The notes under the pieces: generated by a model
Seen by the model: the letters and a program-made list of their open reading frames with translations, nothing else
Told to the model about the DNA's origin: nothing
The model's database searches: none
Shown here: positions 6,632 through 11,985 of the stretch, one piece after another
Layout of the letters: each line of letters begins with the position of its first letter
Numbering within the stretch: the stretch's first letter is position 1
NCBI GenBank assembly: GCA_038881595.1
Contig: JAVZPM010000008.1
Span: 1 to 11,985, forward strand
Reading direction: 5' to 3'
Source: Candidatus Micrarchaeia archaeon
GTDB lineage: Archaea; Micrarchaeota; Micrarchaeia; CABMEP01
Length of the DNA stretch: 11,985 bases
Translations under genes and position numbers: made by a program

Positions 6632-9600
6632 TTACTTCTTTTTCTTAGGCTTCCATTTTGGCTTAGAAATCTTAGAAATTAATAAGTATACCAAAACTAA
6701 TACTAGCAATAATACTATTACAGCCATTATTGCAAGATATGGGATTGAAGGTTGCGTCTCTATAGTTTGCGTGAATATCTGCTGGGCTTGCGCTAATAAT
6801 TCTTTTGCCTTTTCAAAATCACCTGCTTCATATGCTGTTCTTGCTTGTTCTAAAAGCTGGCTTGCAGCTGTAGTATCCTCTCCTTGTTCTCTTGCTGATT
6901 GAATAGAAACGATTAGTACGTTTAGTCTATCTGCAATATATCTTTTCTCTTCTTCACTTATTGTAGGTGGTGTGTATATACATAAATTAGCTATACAGGA
7001 TTTTCCTGATGGACAGTCAGAATCCTTGCAACATTCATAAGGTATGCATGTTCTATTTAATATATAACCACAGGAACATGGAACAACAACACATGTTCCG
7101 TTCTGACATATGCTATCAGAAGGACATTCATAACTGTATGTACATCTTAATGGAACCTGACTTACACTGAACACAAATTTAGAGTTTGGATATAGATAAA
7201 GCTGATGATCTATTTTCACCGTTTTTCCATCGACAGTGTATCTAAATATTTCATACTCTTTATCTGCCACATAAGTTACATTATTTATATAGTTATTTCC
7301 AAAGTCTCCAAGATTCAAAACAAATCCAGAAACCCTTGCGGTATTTGAACCTTTAAATACAACTGTAACCTTGCCATTTTTAAGATCGTTTATTTGCTCC
7401 ATATTTACATTAGATTGTGAATTTATTGTAAAACTGTCTGTAATCAAAGGAAATCTCAATTCCTTCCCAACAAAGCTATAGAAATTGACTAGTGAACCAT
7501 ATTTGTCTCTTATTGATAACGAACCTGTCATTATTGATGAAACATCTGAAAGATCAACTACCACATCTTTCATTTGTGTAGTAAGAACAGGAATGTTCAC
7601 AAGACATGATAAAGTTGAACACTCCAACCATTTTCTAACAAATGTTATTCTTGGAACACAATCATCAGCCGCAGTTAATATCAATGAATTATCTTTAAAT
7701 CCTGTTTTTCTTGCAGATATCTGATATCTTCCAGGGAGATCTGCAATAAATACAAAACTTCCGTTTTCGTCTGCCTTTCCTGCTTTGATCAATGAATTTG
7801 CATATGGCTGCTCAAGAAATCTAACCTCTACAGAAGCATTTGGTTCTGTTGATATTTGGGCTAATTCCTTTGTACATGAAAGCGTACCTGAAAGAGAAAC
7901 TTGTTTTACTTCTTCTGATTTTTCAGCTATTACTGTAACTGGAATGTAAATAATCCACCCATAAGTACTAAATTGTGTTAGATAACCTTTACAGATATGT
8001 GATGTTAAATTGCACTCTGTTGCAAGTGCATTCCAATTGGATGATGACTCGTTATAAATATAAAGCCCCAATCTTGACTCCTCTACAGAATTAAGATTCA
8101 TTGAAGAAGTATTAATTGTGAAGATGATTGGATTTGAAGTATTGGCCTGAATTAATTTTGAAGTGGAGATATTTATCTTCATTTTAAGATAACCTTCTTT
8201 TGAAGCGATATCGATTGGAACCTTTAAAGAATCTATAAACATTGTTGTAAGATTAACTTCTACCAATTCCTGAGTTGAGTTTTCAGGTATATATAATCCT
8301 AATGATGGAGTTCTTCCTGCAGACGGAATTGTAATATTTAATTCAGATTGATTTACATAGAATTGAATTAAAAATCCTTCTAATTCAGATGGGGGAACAT
8401 AAATATTTTCAGAAATCGAATTGTGAACACTTTTTATATCTGCATATATGAATTTACTCTTAGCTGAAGTGAGTATAAAAGAATTGTTTCGTATTATGTC
8501 TCCACTAGTATTCTGGAGGTAAAGAGCAAATGAATCGTCTCCTGACATACCAATAAAGTTGTTTGTTATATTTGTATTTCCTGCTAAAAGAATCAATCCT
8601 CTAGATTCGTTTCCTTTTATGTTAATTATATTATCTATAATATTTGAATTAATTCCACTGTTTTCTACTTTTATGGCTGTTGCTGAAAGATTGTTGTTCT
8701 GAAGAAACGAACAATTCTTGATTGTAGCATTTTGTCCTTGAATAATAATTGCAGAACCAGAATTGAAGAAAATTGAATATCCTTGACAGTCAAGAGTCAC
8801 GTTTGAAGCTGTAATTGTAAAGCATGTCTCATCCGAAGAAAGATTTTCATTTATCACATAATAAAGATTGCTTATATTAAGTATCTGACAGAAAGAACCT
8901 GTGTGCAAATTCCAGGTATAAGAATCAGCTGAATTATCTCCATTATCGGTACATCTAACAAACCAGGTATGAATTCCATTAGAAAATGAAACATTAGATT
9001 TTAGTGAAGTGTTGACAAGCCTATGGACTGAATTATTTTCTCCAACCTTTTGATTGTCCAGATATAAACTGCAGGTGAATTGGCTTGAATCAACATCATC
9101 AACATAGAAGACAAATTCGAGAGTGTCATTGTTTAAACTAGTAATGGAATTATTTAATGGAGAAACTAAATAAACAGATGGTGGCTGGCCTCTATTAATT
9201 GAAAAGTTATAATAAACTGGGCCTATTGTTTTGTTATTGTATTTAATGTATCCTAATGCAATATAATTTCCAACTGGATAATTCATGCTGTGTAAAACAG
9301 AGACATTTGTGGGAGTAGATGAAAATGGAATCACAGATATACCTGATGAAAATGAATCGATTACATTGTAGCCATTATATATTTGGATAAATGAAGATGC
9401 ATTTCCATCACTATTACCTATATTATAAACTTCTATAGTAAAGTTTGCAGAGTTTCCAATTGGAATATCATCTGGAAATACTGTAAAATTATTAATCTGC
9501 AAAACAGGAACCCGCCCTATAGTTACATTAACACCGATATCAGATGAGATTGAAGCGAAGTTTAATGAGATTGAAAATAGAAAAAAGAATGCACTTAATA

Positions 9601-9637
9601 TGAATTTACAGTATATATGATTAAAATCAAATTCCAC
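6632..9637 (-). CDS. Large membrane-anchored multidomain surface (glyco)protein
   Basis: Domains in order: signal peptide, CARDB/Ig-like domain, Cys-pair Ig-like domain, parallel beta-helix-like repeats (NVTLDCQG, I.NN.I), further beta domains, a 12-Cys module (6980-7144), helical hairpin, C-terminal TM helix and Lys tail. Many N-x-S/T sequons. The start is likely the GTG at 9637, because the track's GTG at 9646 sits inside the AGGTGA SD. Confidence 0.8.
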   Translation of the reverse strand: MEFDFNHIYCKFILSAFFFLFSISLNFASISSDIGVNVTIGRVPVLQINNFTVFPDDIPIGNSANFTIEVYNIGNSDGNASSFIQIYNGYNVIDSFSSGISVIPFSSTPTNVSVLHSMNYPVGNYIALGYIKYNNKTIGPVYYNFSINRGQPPSVYLVSPLNNSITSLNNDTLEFVFYVDDVDSSQFTCSLYLDNQKVGENNSVHRLVNTSLKSNVSFSNGIHTWFVRCTDNGDNSADSYTWNLHTGSFCQILNISNLYYVINENLSSDETCFTITASNVTLDCQGYSIFFNSGSAIIIQGQNATIKNCSFLQNNNLSATAIKVENSGINSNIIDNIINIKGNESRGLILLAGNTNITNNFIGMSGDDSFALYLQNTSGDIIRNNSFILTSAKSKFIYADIKSVHNSISENIYVPPSELEGFLIQFYVNQSELNITIPSAGRTPSLGLYIPENSTQELVEVNLTTMFIDSLKVPIDIASKEGYLKMKINISTSKLIQANTSNPIIFTINTSSMNLNSVEESRLGLYIYNESSSNWNALATECNLTSHICKGYLTQFSTYGWIIYIPVTVIAEKSEEVKQVSLSGTLSCTKELAQISTEPNASVEVRFLEQPYANSLIKAGKADENGSFVFIADLPGRYQISARKTGFKDNSLILTAADDCVPRITFVRKWLECSTLSCLVNIPVLTTQMKDVVVDLSDVSSIMTGSLSIRDKYGSLVNFYSFVGKELRFPLITDSFTINSQSNVNMEQINDLKNGKVTVVFKGSNTARVSGFVLNLGDFGNNYINNVTYVADKEYEIFRYTVDGKTVKIDHQLYLYPNSKFVFSVSQVPLRCTYSYECPSDSICQNGTCVVVPCSCGYILNRTCIPYECCKDSDCPSGKSCIANLCIYTPPTISEEEKRYIADRLNVLIVSIQSAREQGEDTTAASQLLEQARTAYEAGDFEKAKELLAQAQQIFTQTIETQPSIPYLAIMAVIVLLLVLVLVYLLISKISKPKWKPKKKK

Positions 9638-9654
9638 TCCAATCACCTAATAAT

Positions 9655-10506
9655 TTACTCTTCACCGTTGTCATCATCAGATCTTACTTTGTAGTTTTTA
9701 TATGGCTTCTTTTTTCCATTTCCGTACTTAACTAAAATGTAAACAACTGCAGCAGATACTGCTGCAACAATTAGATAAGGAAGAATCTCGTTCTTTGCCT
9801 CGTTTAGAATTATCGAATTATTTAATTCGGTTGAACTTTCATTTGAAACATTACTTTCGCTCTGTTGAGAGGTATTTTCTGATTCATTTCTGGTTTGGTT
9901 TGGTTGTTGCATCTCCGTCACTACTTGTTCTGTATAAACTGGGGGTTTTATTAATACATTAAAATCAAAATTCCTGGCCTGTGAAAATGATAATGAACCT
10001 AAATCACCGAAATATTTTGCAACTGCAGTTGCTGAGATTAAATATGTTTTTCCTATCTCTGCATTTTCAGGCACGTTTACATATATTGTAACCTTCTTTG
10101 CCTGCAAATATCCCCTTCCGCTTGGAGACATTATGTAATATATTCCTTCTTCATTAAGATCTGGAATTGATTGAAGCTTTGGTCTTGGTTCTACATAAAT
10201 ATTTTCCTCAGAAATTGCTAAAGTTCCACTTATATTAAATGTACGATTCGTAAGTTCAGGAAGGACATAAGTCTTCCAGCCTTCAGGAGAATCAACTGAA
10301 ACAGATATGTGTGCAGTTCTATCTCCATATTCTGAATCTACAAAGAAATAAATATCATAAGAAAAGTTGGATCCTGGAGTAACTGATGCCCCTTTTGTAT
10401 AATAGACAGAACCAAATGCTAATCTTGGTGCATCTTGTGCAACTACTACACTAGCTAGATTTAATGAAAATAAAAAGAAAAGAAAAGAAAAAACAAATTT
10501 ATTCAT
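9655..10506 (-). CDS. Exported beta-sandwich protein with low-complexity stalk and C-terminal TM anchor (hypothetical)
   Basis: Sec-type signal (MNKFVFSFLFFLFSLNLASVVVA), beta-rich domain with VNVPENAEIGKTY, Q/N/E/S-rich linker with sequons, then TM helix LPYLIVAAVSAAVVYILV and basic residues. Confidence 0.75.
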   Translation of the reverse strand: MNKFVFSFLFFLFSLNLASVVVAQDAPRLAFGSVYYTKGASVTPGSNFSYDIYFFVDSEYGDRTAHISVSVDSPEGWKTYVLPELTNRTFNISGTLAISEENIYVEPRPKLQSIPDLNEEGIYYIMSPSGRGYLQAKKVTIYVNVPENAEIGKTYLISATAVAKYFGDLGSLSFSQARNFDFNVLIKPPVYTEQVVTEMQQPNQTRNESENTSQQSESNVSNESSTELNNSIILNEAKNEILPYLIVAAVSAAVVYILVKYGNGKKKPYKNYKVRSDDDNGEE

Positions 10507-10515
10507 TCAAACCAC

Positions 10516-11040
10516 TTATTGTTTATCAGCTTGTATTGTCAAGATCGCATTGTAGGAACCTGCAGCTGTTCCTCCTGGGACAAATAGGTTGAACCATAAC
10601 TTGACTGTATTGTTTGGGGCTATGTTATAACAATTCTGATTGCCACTATATAAAGTTGCGTTACAGGTTCGCATTGTAGTATCTACATAATGTGGATCAA
10701 CAAAATCTGAATAAGCTGGCTGAACATCATTTGCTCTCATTCTTAGATTTGTAATTGGTATTGTGTTGGTTCCATTTACAAAGTTAGATCCCCAAATAGA
10801 TATCTTTATTGGCACGTTGCTGTTTGATGTTGTTGTAACTGTTACTGGTGTTGTAGCTGTTGCATTCGCCGTTGGATTTATAGCATCTGAAAATGTAATT
10901 GAGCCTGGAGAGATTGTCACATCAATAAACTCTGCAACTGAAACGCTGAAAGTTACATTTGAAGAATAGGTTGTTGCAGCGTTAACGAAACCCATTCCTA
11001 AAAACAATACCAACATTGGTATCGCATATTTAAACTCCAT
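10516..11040 (-). CDS. Small secreted beta-rich protein, putative fimbrial/pilin-like major subunit
   Basis: Class I signal peptide (..GFVNA|A), T/N/V-rich sequence, one Cys pair, C-terminal VPGGTAAGSYNAILTIQA strand, no TM anchor, 5 N-x-S/T sequons, strong GAGGTGA SD. The CDS is secure and the function is inferred. Confidence 0.7.
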   Translation of the reverse strand: MEFKYAIPMLVLFLGMGFVNAATTYSSNVTFSVSVAEFIDVTISPGSITFSDAINPTANATATTPVTVTTTSNSNVPIKISIWGSNFVNGTNTIPITNLRMRANDVQPAYSDFVDPHYVDTTMRTCNATLYSGNQNCYNIAPNNTVKLWFNLFVPGGTAAGSYNAILTIQADKQ

Positions 11041-11107
11041 ATTTTCACCTCGAGGTTTAACATACTTAATATAACATCGTATTAATATATCTATTCAATT
11101 TAGGTTT
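11041..11107 (-). promoter_or_regulatory. Intergenic region with TATA-like elements and GAGGTGA SD for the 174-aa gene
   Basis: The minus strand reads ...gaTATATTAATacgatgTTATATTAAgtatgttaaacctcGAGGTGAaaatATG. At 67 bp it is the longest gap in the cluster. Confidence 0.4.
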
Positions 11108-11985
11108 TTATTTCTTTCCATTTGCCTTAATTGTTATATTTGCGATATAGTCTCCTGCTGCCTGCCCACCTGGAATTCGTATATTGAACCATAAATTCAC
11201 TTGCTGACCTCTTGAAATATTACTACAGTCTTGATCTAATGAATACTTCACAGGTGTGCAGCTAAGCTCATCTGTTGATAATGAATGATCCTGAGTGAAG
11301 TATTCATAAGATGGCTTGGTTGCATTGGCCCTTACAGTTAGGTTGCCTATTCCAAGAATATTACTTCCGCTTATGAAATCAGTTCCAATGAATGATATAT
11401 AAATTGGAACATTACTGTTTTCTGTGTTCGTTACATTTATTGAAATGTCTGAAGTTGAATTTGTTAATGGATCTAATAATCCAAAGTTCAAGGAAGTAGG
11501 CGAAACTACTACTTCAATGTATTCTATGTAGCTTACACTTCTTGTTTCTGTTGAATTGAAGTTTCCTGCTGTATCATTGCATGTTACATAATATGAATAG
11601 GTACCAAAATCAAAGCCAGTAACATTATAGAATGCATATGTTAAAGCATCAGCATTTTGAATAGTCATCATGTATTCTGAACCATTCCAATTCAATTTGC
11701 ATGAACTTAGGTTCTCATTTGCAGATACGTTAATTAAGACATTTGCAGTTGTTATTGATCTTTCATTATCTGGTGTTGGTGGTACAAATGATAATGAAGG
11801 AGGAATTGTATCAATTGTAAATGTTCTTGTTTCGGAAACATTACTGTTTCCTGCCTCATCACTGCAGTTTATCTTCCATGTGTGTTGGTTGTCGCTTAAT
11901 CCAGTTATTACAAATTGTGAAAGTGATCCATTTATAATAGAGTTGTTTGTTTGGTTAAGTTCATTATCAATGTAGATGCTGCATG
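11108..11985 (-). CDS. 5'-truncated surface protein: tandem Ig-like repeats plus C-terminal pilin-like domain (putative tip/minor subunit)
   Basis: The frame stays open from the window edge: CSIYIDNELNQ...HTWKINCSDEAGNSNVSETRTFTIDTIPP...CKLNWNG...YYVTCNDTAGNFNSTETRSVSY. The TTG at 11695 is therefore not the start. The last ~145 aa align almost without gaps to the 174-aa protein. Confidence 0.82.
   Translation of the reverse strand, partial: CSIYIDNELNQTNNSIINGSLSQFVITGLSDNQHTWKINCSDEAGNSNVSETRTFTIDTIPPSLSFVPPTPDNERSITTANVLINVSANENLSSCKLNWNGSEYMMTIQNADALTYAFYNVTGFDFGTYSYYVTCNDTAGNFNSTETRSVSYIEYIEVVVSPTSLNFGLLDPLTNSTSDISINVTNTENSNVPIYISFIGTDFISGSNILGIGNLTVRANATKPSYEYFTQDHSLSTDELSCTPVKYSLDQDCSNISRGQQVNLWFNIRIPGGQAAGDYIANITIKANGKK

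Noticed and set aside
6980..7144. Multiheme cytochrome or Fe-S motif in the Cys-rich module
   Set aside because: No CxxCH or ferredoxin spacing. The extracellular position favours disulfides.
4471..7724. Small ORFs 4471-4710(-), 5091-5360(+), 6258-6509(-), 6278-6511(-) and 7485-7724(+)
   Set aside because: All are antisense to confident genes (thioredoxin, tatD, rps24e/rps27ae, surface protein).
10516..11040. Type IV pilin or archaellin
   Set aside because: There is no class III signal ([KR]G/A followed by a retained hydrophobic helix), and no ATPase/TadC genes in the window. The signal looks like class I.
11693..11695. TTG start for a 195-aa protein, as given in the ORF track
   Set aside because: The frame is open to the window edge with continuous Ig-repeat sequence, and there is no SD or signal peptide at this codon.
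10763..11975. Plus-strand ORFs 10763-10969 and 11670-11975
   Set aside because: Antisense to the pilin-like gene and to the open Ig-repeat frame.

Overview
AT-rich archaeal chromosomal window. Archaeal origin is shown by aIF5A, eS24, eS31, archaemetzincin and GGTGA Shine-Dalgarno motifs; a DPANN, possibly Micrarchaeota-like, origin is only an inference. The left half is housekeeping and redox genes: a tandem-duplicated ThyX, two exported CPHC thioredoxin-fold proteins, an M54 protease, a SufS-type cysteine desulfurase, TatD, aIF5A, rps24e, and a 43-codon rps27ae missed by the ORF track. The right half (6632-11985, minus strand) is a four-gene cell-surface cluster. In order of transcription it holds a 5'-truncated Ig-repeat protein ending in a pilin-like domain, a 174-aa secreted paralog of that domain with an N-terminal alternating-hydrophobic strand, a 283-aa membrane-tethered beta-sandwich protein, and a ~1000-aa membrane-anchored multidomain protein that starts with a similar strand. 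The most interesting hypothesis is that this cluster encodes a donor-strand-complemented, usher-less archaeal filament (tip, shaft, chaperone, anchor). No tRNA, rRNA, CRISPR array or mobile element was seen.
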